From positions 1 through 64,000 of the forward strand of contig CAWHOE010000064.1 of NCBI GenBank assembly GCA_963830915.1: a DNA stretch of 64,000 bases, in the 5' to 3' direction. The stretch comes from a candidate division FCPU426 bacterium (GTDB taxonomy: Bacteria > Oederibacteriota > Muellerivitia > Muellerivitales > Muellerivitaceae). Position numbers and translations under genes: made by a program. This document shows, piece after piece, positions 1-10,815 of the stretch; the stretch's first letter is position 1; each line of letters opens with the position of its first letter. The notes under the pieces are model-generated. The model was given only the letters and a program-made list of their open reading frames with translations, did not search any database and had not been told where the DNA came from.

Positions 1-1
1 G

Positions 2-425
2 ACGCATTGCTTCTTGATGGGCCTCACGGAAGCTTACCGCTTCGACCTGCTCGTGACCGGCACGAACGACGCGAAGGTCACGTTCTCGACGCAGCTCGGC
101 GGCAACGCCGACGCGTTCTCGGTCGGGCTGCCGATCGAAACCGAAGACGTCACCGAGAGCGTCGTCAGCACGGGGACCGCGGCCGGCACCGCAACCGTCC
201 CGCTCGACGTCACGCCCGAACAGAAGGGCCCGCTCGGCGGTCTCGAGGTCACGCTCGCGAGCACGCTGCTCGCCGACGCCGCCGAGCCGGCTCGCGTGCT
301 CGAAGCGACGCGGCCGCCGTTCGCCGAGTCGCTGGCGAGCCGCATCGCGATCGCCGCCGATCAGATCGTGCTGGACCGCACGTACGGACGCGCCGAGCGC
401 ATCCCCTGCGCTCGAGGCCGAGCTC
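2..425 (+). CDS. Partial alpha-2-macroglobulin-like protein, internal fragment (probably foreign or chimeric sequence)
   Basis: Frame of ORF 14..547: DAFSVGLPIE..ESVVSTG..GGLEVTLASTLLA..RPPFAESLASR resembles the bacterial A2M region leading into the thioester motif (YPYGCxEQxxSR, degenerate here). Visibly much GC-richer than the rest of the window; ends abruptly at ~425. Confidence 0.5.
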
Positions 426-530
426 GGCGGTATTCTCGTAAACCCGGGCCATGTATAAGCCCAGTGGTTTTACGAGGGCCAACAGGACCGCCATGTAAAA
501 CAAGATCTGTACCCATTGATTGGTTGTCAT
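426..530 (-). pseudogene. kdpA: 5' fragment of potassium-transporting ATPase subunit KdpA, cut off at the junction near 425
   Basis: MTTNQWVQILFYMAVLLALVKPLGLYMARVYE matches the KdpA N-terminus and follows kdpF. Similarity is lost after ~35 codons, where the GC-rich sequence starts. Confidence 0.8.
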
Positions 531-564
531 TTAAATTCCCCCAATAAAATAATTTTGAAAGGTT

Positions 565-654
565 TTAAAACAGCTCCGGTTTCAACATGGCGAAAACCAA
601 ATAGACCAAAAGGCCCGCTGAAACGATGCCGCTAACGATGTAAACGATGCTCAT
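565..654 (-). CDS. kdpF: K+-transporting ATPase subunit F (29 aa)
   Basis: MSIVYIVSGIVSAGLLVYLVFAMLKPELF; the LLxYLxxAxxxPExF pattern is KdpF; directly upstream of kdpA. Confidence 0.9.
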   Translation of the reverse strand: MSIVYIVSGIVSAGLLVYLVFAMLKPELF

Positions 655-749
655 GATTCCTCTCCCATCAGCCCTTCCAGGGCGTAGATCAACCATATCG
701 AAGACACGGACAGAACCAAGAAAAGAATGACACACCAAAATTCCAGCAT
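651..749 (-). CDS. Small hydrophobic peptide upstream of kdpF (32 aa)
   Basis: MLEFWCVILFLVLSVSSIWLIYALEGLMGEES; GGGAGG RBS; ATGA overlap with kdpF. Confidence 0.7.
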   Translation of the reverse strand: MLEFWCVILFLVLSVSSIWLIYALEGLMGEES

Positions 750-751
750 GG

Positions 752-901
752 TTATTCCCTCCCCGATTGAGCAATGACCGTCACCTTCGACAGATCCTTC
801 TCTTCGTTTTTTTTCTTGAGCCACTGAATGGTCTCCCCCAGAAGCAGGCATAGAGCCCCGAAGATCACTGGGGTCAATAGGAACAAGATCGATTGGGTCA
901 T
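752..901 (-). CDS. Small single-pass membrane protein (49 aa), first ORF of the kdp operon
   Basis: Hand-translated MTQSILFLLTPVIFGALCLLLGETIQWLKKKNEEKDLSKVTVIAQSGRE; strong GAGGAGG RBS; stop lies 2 nt before the next ATG. Confidence 0.6.
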   Translation of the reverse strand: MTQSILFLLTPVIFGALCLLLGETIQWLKKKNEEKDLSKVTVIAQSGRE

Positions 902-1078
902 GTCATCCTCCTCGCCGTCTTTCACTGTCTGAATTTCCTCTACACGGGAATAGTAGGACGGAAGCCGATAAGGATGCTGTTAAGAGAAAGCTGGAACTTA
1001 TATGGAAATGATTAAAATGAAGGGATTTTCAACGCCCTTTCATTGCCAAGGTCCGCGGCGCGAGCGTAAAATCTTTCC

Positions 1079-3768
1079 ATGAACGACAAACGTCCTGATC
1101 CGGACATCCTTCTTAGTCAGGTCCAAGCCGAGGAAAAGGCCGAGCGGCGCGGCAAGTTGAAGATCTTTTTGGGGCCTCGCCCGGTGTGGGCAAGACCTAC
1201 TCCATGCTTGAATCCGCTCGCGCCAAAAAGGCGGAGGGTTTGGACGTGGTTGTTGGCCTATTGGAAACCCACGGTCGGAAGGAAACTGCTTCCCTCCTGG
1301 AAGGCCTGGAGATCATCCCACCCCAGGAATTGGAATACCGGGGAGCCAAACTCAACGAATTCGATATCGACGCGGCCTTGAAGCGCAAACCCGGCCTCCT
1401 ATTAGTGGATGAACTGGCCCATACCAACGCCCCCGGATCTCGCCACCTGAAACGTTGGCAAGACGTGCAGGAACTTCTCGACCTGGGCGTGAACGTCTAT
1501 AGCACCCTGAACGTCCAGCACCTGGAAAGCTTGAACGACATCGTGGCCCAGATCACGGGTGTGGTCGTGAGGGAAACCCTACCGGATAAGGTTCTGGAAA
1601 CCGCCGATGAGGTGGAACTGGTCGATCTTCCCCCAGACGACCTCCTGAAGCGCTTGCAAGAGGGCAAGGTTTATATGCCAGAAGCGGCCCAAAGGGCCGT
1701 CCAGAATTTTTTCAAAAAGGGTAACCTTATCGCCCTTCGGGAAATGGCCTTACGGACCACCGCCGACCGGGTGAACGACCAGGTCCAGGACTACCGTCGT
1801 AACAAGGCCATCACCCAGACCTGGGCCACCACCGACCGCATCCTGGTTTGCGTTTCCCCCAGCCCCTCCTCGGCCAATCTGGTACGGGCCGCCCACCGCA
1901 TGGCCAAATCCCTGAGGGCCGACTGGATCGCCCTTTATGTCGAGATCCCCTCTCGTTCCGGTGATGAAGCTAGGGCTCAAGCCATCAGGCATCTGAGGTT
2001 GGCCGAACAGTTGGGAGGCGAAACCGCCACATTGAGCGGCCAGAATTTCGCTGAGGAGGTCATGGATTACGCCCGGGAACGCAACATCACCAAGATCTTC
2101 ATCGGCAAACCCCCGGCCTATTCCTGGCGAAGCCTATTCAACCATTCTCCCGTGGACCAACTCTTACGGGCGAGCGGGGACATCGACGTTTACGCCACCA
2201 AAGGGGAGACTGAAGATATACGGGAAAAAATAAAACCGGCCGGATCTGGTTTGGAGAAAAAAGAATTCGATTGGCAGGGCTATGGGTACGCGCTTCTGAC
2301 CGTGGCCGCGAGTACGGGCCTTGCCTGGCTTTTCTATCCGGGAGTGGATCTGGCCAATCTCATCATGGTTTATCTCCTGGGTATCCTGGCGGTTTCGTAC
2401 CGACAAGGTCTGGGGCCCTCCACTCTGGCGTCTTTTTTAAGCGTCTTCGCTTTCGATTTTTTCTTTGTGCCTCCCCGCTTCTCGGTGGCGGTTTCCGATA
2501 CCCAGTACATCTTCATGTTCCTGGTCATGCTGTTGGTGGGCCTTTCCATCAGCAACCTGACGGTCCGGGTAAGGAACCAGGCCAAGTTGTCCCGCCTCAG
2601 GGAGCGCCGCACCGCGGCTCTTTATTCCTTGAGCCGGGAGCTGGCGTCTACCTGGGGGACTGCCCAGCTTTTAGAGATCGCCGTCAAGCACATCTCCGAG
2701 GTCTTCGAGAGTTCCGTCGTCGCCTTCCTACCCGACGGGAACGGCCGTCTACAGGCGCAATGCGGGGCTATCCAGGACTTCAATCTCTCACAGAAGGAAA
2801 TGGCGGTGGCTCACTGGGCCTACGACCTGGGCCAGATCGCCGGCCTGGGTACCGACACCCTGCCCAGCACCGAGAGCCTCTATCTTCCCCTGCTCGCGTC
2901 GGGTGAGCCGGTGGGATCATTGGGGGTTAAACCCACCCACTCGGAAAAACTACTGATCCCGGAACAGTTACATCTTCTGGAGGCCTTCGCCCATCAGACC
3001 GCCCTGGCCGTGGCGGCGGACAAGCTCTTGCAAAAACAACAACAGACCCAGATGCAAGTGGAGGCCGAGAAACTGAGGAGTTCCCTTTTAAGTTCCGTGT
3101 CCCATGACCTGCGCACACCCCTGGCCGCCATCACAGGTTCTTCCAGCAGCCTACTCCAGAATGGGGAGTCACTCCCCCCCTCAACCCGCAAAGACCTTCT
3201 GGAAAATATCCATGACGAGGCGGAGCGTCTGGAACGACTGGTCAACAACCTTTTGGAGATGACCAAATTGGAATCAGGATCGATCAAACCCAATAAAGAA
3301 CTGAACCACCCCGGAGAGGTTATCGGGTCCGCTATAGCACGTTTGGACAAAAAGTCCCAAAGCAGGCCCCTCCATACCCAGATTCCCCACGATCTTCCTT
3401 TGGTACCCATGGACAGCCTATTGATCGAGCAGGTGGTGGTAAACCTCCTGGATAACGCTTTTAAATACACCCCTCTAGGACAACCCATAGACGTCTCAGT
3501 GAGGCAGGAAAAAGGACATCTGGTAGTTGAAGTGACCGATCAAGGACCGGGATTGCCGGAGGAAGACCTGGGACGGCTTTTTGAGAAATTCTACCGGGGA
3601 CCTCAGAACGGACGAACGACCGGCGCTGGATTGGGCCTTTCTATATGTAAGGGATTCGTGGAGATCCATGGCGGGACCATCACGGCCGAGAATCGACCCG
3701 GCGGCGGGGCACTTTTTCGGTTTACAATACCCTTGGCTGAAAGTCCACAGTCGACAGTCCACAGCTGA
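1079..3768 (+). CDS. kdpD: Osmosensitive K+ sensor histidine kinase KdpD (one frameshift at ~1171-1174)
   Basis: RGKLKIFLG followed, in another frame, by ASPGVGKTYSML; VDELAHTN, KRWQDV, USP domain, 4 TMs, SHDLRTPL H-box, HATPase. One extra G in GGGG restores the frame. Confidence 0.95.
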
Positions 3769-3804
3769 CAGCCGCCGCAAACATTCGACTGTCGACCGCG
3801 AACT
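3742..3804. repeat. Inverted pair of 7-bp tandem arrays at the kdpD stop
   Basis: AGTCCAC AGTCGAC AGTCCAC AGCTGAC (3742-3769), then reverse-oriented TTCGACT GTCGACC GCGAACT (3784-3804). Confidence 0.6.
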
Positions 3805-3836
3805 GATTTTTTTGAACTGCTATTCAAGGAGTTTAT

Positions 3837-4532
3837 ATGGCGGAGAATGGGGTCATTCTACTTATCGAGGACGAACAGCCCATCCGGCGTTTCCTGAAAC
3901 CTTCCCTGCAAAGCCAGGACTTCAAGGTTCTGGAAGCGGTGACCGCTGAGGAAGGCCTGGCCCTGGCCTCATCCCATAATCCCGACCTTATCCTTTTGGA
4001 CCTGGGCCTTCCCGACTTGGACGGTCTGGAGGTCCTGCGCCGTTTGAGGGAATGGACCACCACCCCCATCATCATCCTGACGGCCAGGGGGAAGGAAAAG
4101 GACAAGATCGCGGGGCTGGACGCGGGAGCGGACGATTATTTGACCAAACCCTTCGATATGGGCGAACTGATGGCCCGTATCCGGGTGGCCCTTCGCCATT
4201 CCCAGAGGATGAAACAGGGGCGGGAGGAATCCATCTTCGAGACGCCCGACTTCAAAGTCGATATGGCCGCTAGGGTCGTGACCGTAAGGGGCAAGGAAGT
4301 CCACCTGACCCCCAACGAGTACAATCTATTGGCTTATCTCATTCGTTTTGCGGGAAAGGTAGTGACCCAAAAGCAGATCTTGAAGGAAGTCTGGGGCCCC
4401 GCCAGCGGGGACCAGGTGCAGTATCTGCGGATCTATGTCTACCAGCTTCGCCAGAAGATCGAGGCCGACCCGGACCGCCCCAAATACATCCTGACCGAAT
4501 CGGGTGTGGGATACCGTTTAAAAACCGAGTAG
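3837..4532 (+). CDS. kdpE: Response regulator KdpE (OmpR family)
   Basis: REC (LLDLGLPDLDG, ADDYLTKPF) plus wHTH (YLRIYVYQLRQKIEADPDRPKYILTESGVGYRL); follows kdpD. Confidence 0.95.
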   Translation: MAENGVILLIEDEQPIRRFLKPSLQSQDFKVLEAVTAEEGLALASSHNPDLILLDLGLPDLDGLEVLRRLREWTTTPIIILTARGKEKDKIAGLDAGADDYLTKPFDMGELMARIRVALRHSQRMKQGREESIFETPDFKVDMAARVVTVRGKEVHLTPNEYNLLAYLIRFAGKVVTQKQILKEVWGPASGDQVQYLRIYVYQLRQKIEADPDRPKYILTESGVGYRLKTE

Positions 4533-4558
4533 CTGAAAACGCCTCTCTATCTCGCGCT

Positions 4559-7165
4559 CTATTTGAGAACCAGTAATTTCCCCATAGACCGGCCTTTACT
4601 GGTCGTTACTGCCACATAGTAGATCCCATCCGCCAGGTTATTCCCTCCCCTATCCTTCAAACTCAAGTTGACCACCGTTCCTGACAGCACCGAAGGTAAA
4701 GTCGTGTCCAGCACCTTCCGGAACGCGATGGTATATATCTCTATCCTCACATTCGATATTCCGGAATAAGCCGCGGGGAGGATAGAAACCGTCGGTCCAG
4801 TCGCCGGATTGGGGAAAATCACAACCTTGTTCATCCCTGATGCCGGTGTGGGTGTGGAAGTGGGGATCATTGTCTCTGTGCTTGTGACAGTATCCGTTTC
4901 GGTGGGAGTCGAGGTCGCCGTTGGGGATGGTGGGATTTGAGTGTAGGTGGCGGTAGGAGGCACAGGAGTATTGGTCAATGTAGGCGGAATTGGAGTGTTC
5001 GTGTCGGTTGGAGGGATCGGAGTACCTGTCTTGGTTGAAGTTGAGGAAAGGGGAACGGTGGCGGTCGGTGTGAAAGTCGCGGGGACAGAGGTGTTTGTTA
5101 CCGTTGGCGGTACTGGTGTATAAGTTCGGGTAGCCGTCGAGGATAGCGTAAGGGTGAAGGTCAAAGTCGCCGTGGCGGTCGATGTGCTCGTAGAGGATGG
5201 AGGAACGGGGGTATCGGTGTAAGTCGAGGGCATTGCCGTATTCGTTTTCGTCGGCGAATTCGAAGGGAATGCGGTGAACGAAGGCGTAACCGTAGCCGTG
5301 AAAGTATCGGTATTGGTCGGTGGAATTGGGCTATTGGTTGAGGTCGAGGTGGCCGGTGGAGGAGTGAACGTAAAGGTGCTCGTAAATGTCACCGTTGGCG
5401 AGGCGGTAGGTGGCACTACCGTATCGGTGGAAGTCGGGGGAACAGGTGTATTGGTTTTTGTAGAAGTGAATGTGGTTGTAGCAGTTGGAGGGATCGGAGT
5501 GTTGGTCAGGATCGGTGGAACCAGCGTATGGGTTAAGGTATTTGAGAAAGTTAGAGTTGGGGTGTTGGAAAGTGTGGAAGTAGCGGTTGGAGGTATGGGC
5601 GTATTGGTCTTGGTGGTGGTGGATGTAAACGTGGAAGTCGGCGGGATAGGCGTAAAGGTCTTTGTAAAAGTGAAAGTGGTCGTAGGTGTCGGTGGAACCG
5701 GGGTATTGGTTTTCGTGGAAGTATTTGTGCCTGTGGAAGTATTGGTAAAAGTCGGTGTGGGTGGATAAGGCGTGTTGGTTTTAGTGGCTGTTGGCACCGA
5801 GACCGTGAAAGTCGGCGTAGGAGAGGAACCACAGGCGGGATAAACGATGTCGGCGTCATAGGACCCGATATTGGTCGGCGGCTGGAAGCCGTTCACACGG
5901 CAATTACAATTGAAGGTCACGCCCCTGGCATGGTGGATATCAAAGGTGGTCGCCCCGCCGGTACTGGTCACCGTGACCCCGTCGAACAAAACATTGGTAA
6001 CAGGCGCCTCTGGTACAGCCCAGAATATCCCGGGGCCCTTGGCCCCGCTGGCGGTGGAGGCGGTGATGTTTTGGAGGGTGATATTTTCCCAATAAGGGGT
6101 GGTGCTGGTGGTGGCTGCGGCTGTGTCGGATAAGGGAGGTAAGTTGGCCGGATACCAGCTGTTGAGATAGAAGGGATAAGCGAGGATGCCCGTCATGGTG
6201 ATGTTGGAATAAACCATGTTGCTGTTTGTCCCGCCCCGATCCCTGCCCGATTTCCAACGCAGACCGTATTGGGTCCCATTGAATGTGCAATGGTCGACCA
6301 AAAGGTCTTGGACCCCTCCCTGGGTGTATCCGCCGATGGAAAGCCCATGACCTGTCCCGAAAGTGCAATTGCGGATGGTGACGCCCTGGACCGCCTGGGA
6401 GCCGCCCAACTGGATCAGGTCATCCCCGTCGCTGATATAACAATTCTCGATCAGGACGTTCTTCCCCCGTAGATCGATTCCATCCGTGTTGGGGGAAGGC
6501 CAAGCCGCCGTGATGCTAAGACCCGCGGCGTAAATATTGGAGCCGTTCCCCAGTAACTGTATGTGGAACATTGGGGAATTCTGGACCGTGATTCCAGTCA
6601 CCGTCACTCCGGTACAATTGGTCAAATAGATCATGGCGGGCGGTCTGGCGGTCGAACTATTGTTGTTAAAAGCGGTCCACCAGGCGGCGCCCTGACCGTC
6701 CATCACCCCGCTTCCATCGATCGTGATATTGGTCAGGCTGGAACCGGTCAGGAAATTATCGCTCGCAGGAAATGTTCCCATGGCGGTCATCTGGAGGGTC
6801 GCCCCGGCGGACAATTGAAAGGTCATATTGCTTTTAAGAGTGATGGGGCCGCTGAGGAATGTCCCGGCCGGGACCAACACGATCCCTCCGCTCCCCACCG
6901 CGTTGATGGCGGACTGGATGGCGGAAGCGTTATCCGCGCTACTGGTCGAGGCATTATAGGGGGAGGAAGTGATGTTGATGGTCTGGGAGAAAGCGGAAGC
7001 GCAGAGGAAGAAAAAGAAAAACGAACAGCTCGAAAACGCTTTCACGCATTGATAAAAAAAACCGCCGTGCTTCTTTGGCACAGGGGACATATTCATACTG
7101 TTAACGCTGATCATTTTTAACCCCATGATTTTCAGATCAACCCTGCAAGGCTGACCTTCAAACAA
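4559..7165 (-). CDS. Secreted GH28 polygalacturonase with long Thr/Pro linker and T9SS-like CTD (true start probably ~7090-7128)
   Basis: GH28 motifs NTDG, GDD, GHG, RWK; signal peptide ending ASAFS-Q; C-terminus [33 protein letters not shown]. Confidence 0.9.
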   Translation of the reverse strand: MFEGQPCRVDLKIMGLKMISVNSMNMSPVPKKHGGFFYQCVKAFSSCSFFFFFLCASAFSQTINITSSPYNASTSSADNASAIQSAINAVGSGGIVLVPAGTFLSGPITLKSNMTFQLSAGATLQMTAMGTFPASDNFLTGSSLTNITIDGSGVMDGQGAAWWTAFNNNSSTARPPAMIYLTNCTGVTVTGITVQNSPMFHIQLLGNGSNIYAAGLSITAAWPSPNTDGIDLRGKNVLIENCYISDGDDLIQLGGSQAVQGVTIRNCTFGTGHGLSIGGYTQGGVQDLLVDHCTFNGTQYGLRWKSGRDRGGTNSNMVYSNITMTGILAYPFYLNSWYPANLPPLSDTAAATTSTTPYWENITLQNITASTASGAKGPGIFWAVPEAPVTNVLFDGVTVTSTGGATTFDIHHARGVTFNCNCRVNGFQPPTNIGSYDADIVYPACGSSPTPTFTVSVPTATKTNTPYPPTPTFTNTSTGTNTSTKTNTPVPPTPTTTFTFTKTFTPIPPTSTFTSTTTKTNTPIPPTATSTLSNTPTLTFSNTLTHTLVPPILTNTPIPPTATTTFTSTKTNTPVPPTSTDTVVPPTASPTVTFTSTFTFTPPPATSTSTNSPIPPTNTDTFTATVTPSFTAFPSNSPTKTNTAMPSTYTDTPVPPSSTSTSTATATLTFTLTLSSTATRTYTPVPPTVTNTSVPATFTPTATVPLSSTSTKTGTPIPPTDTNTPIPPTLTNTPVPPTATYTQIPPSPTATSTPTETDTVTSTETMIPTSTPTPASGMNKVVIFPNPATGPTVSILPAAYSGISNVRIEIYTIAFRKVLDTTLPSVLSGTVVNLSLKDRGGNNLADGIYYVAVTTSKGRSMGKLLVLK

Positions 7166-7276
7166 TGAACGCTACTGATTATTAGTACCGAACGAGAGTG
7201 TCTTTATTCCTTGTTCCGAGTCCTGTTTTGTGTGGTTTTACATGCGTTTTTACAATTTTGGCTTTTAAAACGCTCT

Positions 7277-10200
7277 CTACCTTAATACAAGCATTTTGCC
7301 TGTGGATTTCCCCGCTTTGGTCGTCACCACTACGTAAAAAAGCCCGTTCGCCAAGCGACCACCCGATTGATTCGTCAAGTTCACGATGACGGGTGTGCCG
7401 GAAGCCACTAAATAGAAAGTCTCGTCCTGCACTTTTCGGAAGGCCACCGTGTAAATTTCAACTCGAACATTGGAAGTACCCCAATATGCCGAAGGTAGGA
7501 TATTGACCGTCGATCCCGACGCTGGATTCGGGTAGAGGCTCAACATGCCGCCAGCCACCGTCGGGGCGGATGTCGCCGTCGACGTGAAAACCATGGTGGG
7601 CGTGGATGATGCGGGCTCTGTGCTTGTGTTCGTCAAGGAAGGGGTAGCGCTGAATGAGTCAGTGGGGGTTGCCGTGAAGGTTGAGGTAAGGGTGTTAGTC
7701 GGCGTGAAGGTTTTCGTTAAAGTAACCGTGGTAGTCGAGGTCCACGTACTGGTCGCGGTTGCGCTAGTCGTCGAAGTAATACTAGCCGTGGGCGTAGAAC
7801 TCAACGTAACGGTGTTGGTCTCAGAAGGGGTATTGGTCGGAGGTTGGGTTCCTGTGGGCGAGAATGTCGATGTTCCGGTAACGGTCGGGCTGTTCGTCTT
7901 AGTTTGTGTCGTGGTTGCCGTATTGGAGAATGTAGACGTCGCGCTTGTAGTTGGTGTCATCGAAAGGGTCGAGGTCATGGTGGGAGTCGGCGTTCCAGTG
8001 GAAGATAACGTATAGGTCATTGTCGAAGTGGACGTGGAGGTCGAAGTCGTGGTTCGGGTTGGGGTTCCCGTAAAAGTCGCAGACACGGAGGAGGTAACAG
8101 TCGGGGTAAAGGAATCGGTCAAAGTGAAGGTTTGAGTTGCGATCATGGCCGGCGTCGACGTAGGAGTGTTGGTGAAAATAGAAGTTGGGGTTTTTGTGGG
8201 TGTGGGGGATGGCGTTGTCGACGCGGTGGGAGTATTTGTACCCGTAGAGGAATTGGTACTTGTCGGTGTGGGTGTTAAGGAACTGGTGTGAGTTTCCGTC
8301 ATCGTTGAGGTCATGGTGGAAGTGTTGGTGTGGGTAATCGTGGAAGTACTTGTCGTCGTAGATGTATTGGTTGAAGTGGGACTGGCTGTCGGCGTTGGCG
8401 TCGCGGTTGAAGTCAAGGTATTGGTTCTTGTGGCTGTTGAGGTATCGAAGGGAGTATTGGTCCAGGTTGCCGTTGGGGTGCTTCCTCCCGGCGTCGGTGT
8501 GGGCGTGGCGAATCCGGTCAACTCCAGACGAACATAATCGTATTCGAATCCCTCCCCATTGCTGGCGCCACCCGTCGGCCTTAGTCCGATGTCTATCTCG
8601 TTCATGCCCGCTTTCAGTTTCGTTCCCGCGAAGTCCAGGTACGCGTCTCCCCAGGCCCCTTGTGAACCCAGGCGGACGATGGAGTCGAAACTGACGTTCG
8701 GCGGGTAGAAGCCGGTGGTCGCGTTCGTTATCGTTGTGTAATTACCGTCCGTGGAACCCATGACCGAAGCGGTTTGGATGGTCCCGTTAATCGTGAGGAT
8801 GCAAGCCGAACTGAAAGCGGACGCGAAGGCGATGTAAAGCCTGGCGGTTTGAGCCGCCGTAGGGGCCGTTGCCAGATTGAAAAAGATCTTGGATGTCGAC
8901 CCTACATAAGTGGTCCCCGAAAGTACCGTGGGCTGACAATAGTTCCAGTCGGTACCAGGGTCGCTGGTCCCCACCACAAAGCTGACCCCGTTGGGATACT
9001 GGGCCGGATAGGCCATGAAGGCGGCCCAAGTCGCCGGTACATCGTAAGGCGGCCCTCCCGCATAGGCCGGCAGGACACCGTTATAGGGCGTTGATTGATG
9101 TTCCCCGTTGTTGAATTCATTCGAATTCCTGTCGGGAGTTCCGATCTCCCACACTGTGGGTCCTAGACGCAGGGGCGACCAGATGAGCGCACCCAGATTC
9201 AGGGATTGGCCCGCGGTCACCGTAACATTCGTTTGTTCAAAAGTGCCGACCACGCCCGGACCGAAAGCCCAGAGGTTATAAGTACCGGGCAAAACGTTGG
9301 GGATTGTGAAACTACCTCCCGTGCCTGTGCGGACCCAGAATTGACAAGTGAGGTATTGCTGCTGGAAATCAACCCCGCCATCCACCGGTGCCAAACCGAT
9401 CCATAGACTTACAGGGGAGGTTCCAGGATTGTACGGATCATTGATGGCAATGGTTCCGCTCACCGTGGCGCGACCGGAAGCCTGGGGATAGACCGTGCCG
9501 GTCGCGCCGGCCACCGGTTGAGGATTGAACCAGGTGTAAGGCCAAGCCGCTTGTTCCGCTTGAGCCTGGGCTTGGGCGTCCGCCCAAAGGACCCGTGCCT
9601 TAAGCGATACGGGATCGCTGGAGGAACCGGTGTATTGATTGGCGTAAATGAACGCGGGACCAAAGGTCTTGGAGGAAAAAGTTCCGGCAGGCTGGTCCTG
9701 GGTCAGGCCGAAACCGTAGTGCGCGCCTCCGAACATGTTCAACAGTGTGTTGCCGATATGCTCAGTGAGCTCCCGATGCATGGGGCCGCCGTCATATATT
9801 TCATGGCTGGGAACGGTCTGCCAGACACCGTAATTCGAGGTCGAGGAAGCCCAACCCCAGGTGTCGACTTGCCCCAATGGAGAGCTGTAGGAATATTTGC
9901 AATTCGTGAACCCGTTATAGATCCCGCTGGTCCACTGCATCACTTCCGGAGGCGCGCCGGCCACGGCGGTAGTTCCATCGGAGGGAGAGGCCATTTGCCT
10001 GAACCGGTACGGGTCCACACACAACCAATCGAAGGCGGAGCCTACATACATATTGGTTCGCAGTTCAGCGCCGGGGTAGTCGGGATAGCCGGCCTCATGG
10101 GTAAAGATTACCGTGTCGTAGATACCCTGCTGTCCACGTAAAAGATCGTAATAGACCGCCATGTCCATGGGGCTGGCTGTCGATTGGAGCCAAACTTCGG

Positions 10201-10585
10201 CCTGGTCACCGCCATTGTTCGCCGGGTTCACGCTCAACGTATAGACTGGGTTCGTAAGTGTGGGTCCACCGGACCCGTCGAAGTAAAAGTAACCCCCGCC
10301 GTCGCCTCCAGCCAAGAGGTTCGTGCCGTTGTAAGTGAAGTTTGTGATGTTGCCATTGGTCGTATTGATGACGAACGAGACGATGCCATTCGCCAATGTG
10401 ACATTCGTGCCGTTAGTCGTAACTGTGACATTGGCCCCGGTGCCTGTGCCGCCACCCGCAACGTTAGCCCACGTAATTGCTGGTATCAGAGGAAGCGTCA
10501 TAAAAATAAAAAGTTTTGTAAAAATGGAAAATTTTAAAACGCGGGGTGATAAATAGGTTTTAAAAGATAAAATAGAGAAATGCAT
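7277..10585 (-). CDS. Secreted PL4 rhamnogalacturonan lyase with long Thr-rich linker and T9SS-like CTD
   Basis: VTLANGIV, EIYDGGPMHREL, FTIPNVLPGTYNLWAF, VWEIGTPDR, YDYVRLE are typical of PL4; CTD LYPNP..EIYTVAFRKV..LANGLFYV..KMLVLR. Confidence 0.85.
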   Translation of the reverse strand: MHFSILSFKTYLSPRVLKFSIFTKLFIFMTLPLIPAITWANVAGGGTGTGANVTVTTNGTNVTLANGIVSFVINTTNGNITNFTYNGTNLLAGGDGGGYFYFDGSGGPTLTNPVYTLSVNPANNGGDQAEVWLQSTASPMDMAVYYDLLRGQQGIYDTVIFTHEAGYPDYPGAELRTNMYVGSAFDWLCVDPYRFRQMASPSDGTTAVAGAPPEVMQWTSGIYNGFTNCKYSYSSPLGQVDTWGWASSTSNYGVWQTVPSHEIYDGGPMHRELTEHIGNTLLNMFGGAHYGFGLTQDQPAGTFSSKTFGPAFIYANQYTGSSSDPVSLKARVLWADAQAQAQAEQAAWPYTWFNPQPVAGATGTVYPQASGRATVSGTIAINDPYNPGTSPVSLWIGLAPVDGGVDFQQQYLTCQFWVRTGTGGSFTIPNVLPGTYNLWAFGPGVVGTFEQTNVTVTAGQSLNLGALIWSPLRLGPTVWEIGTPDRNSNEFNNGEHQSTPYNGVLPAYAGGPPYDVPATWAAFMAYPAQYPNGVSFVVGTSDPGTDWNYCQPTVLSGTTYVGSTSKIFFNLATAPTAAQTARLYIAFASAFSSACILTINGTIQTASVMGSTDGNYTTITNATTGFYPPNVSFDSIVRLGSQGAWGDAYLDFAGTKLKAGMNEIDIGLRPTGGASNGEGFEYDYVRLELTGFATPTPTPGGSTPTATWTNTPFDTSTATRTNTLTSTATPTPTASPTSTNTSTTTSTSTITHTNTSTMTSTMTETHTSSLTPTPTSTNSSTGTNTPTASTTPSPTPTKTPTSIFTNTPTSTPAMIATQTFTLTDSFTPTVTSSVSATFTGTPTRTTTSTSTSTSTMTYTLSSTGTPTPTMTSTLSMTPTTSATSTFSNTATTTQTKTNSPTVTGTSTFSPTGTQPPTNTPSETNTVTLSSTPTASITSTTSATATSTWTSTTTVTLTKTFTPTNTLTSTFTATPTDSFSATPSLTNTSTEPASSTPTMVFTSTATSAPTVAGGMLSLYPNPASGSTVNILPSAYWGTSNVRVEIYTVAFRKVQDETFYLVASGTPVIVNLTNQSGGRLANGLFYVVVTTKAGKSTGKMLVLR

Positions 10586-10748
10586 TTCTCGTAGCCATCC
10601 GATATTTATTCCCCGCTCTTCAAAGCTGGGCAGTAACAGATTCCCTGTTAATTTGATTCATTTCGGGATGGCTTTATTCCCCAACAAAAACATTATCCTT
10701 AGAATACAAAGGTTTATCGTTCAAGTCGCTGACGACCTTGGATGTCTG

Positions 10749-10792
10749 AGCCACTATCCAACTCCGTACTTAAACGGGGTTGGATAGTGGCT
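10749..10792 (-). terminator. Long hairpin (19-bp stem) after the GH-A/CBM3 gene; terminator or mRNA-stabilising stem
   Basis: AGCCACTATCCAACTCCGT-acttaa-ACGGGGTTGGATAGTGGCT; no strong U-tract. Confidence 0.55.
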
Positions 10793-10815
10793 AAACCATT
10801 CGTGAAAAGTTACAT

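Noticed and set aside
961..1025. KdpE binding site
   Set aside because: T-rich tracts exist on the minus strand in the expected place, but no match is clear enough to give coordinates.
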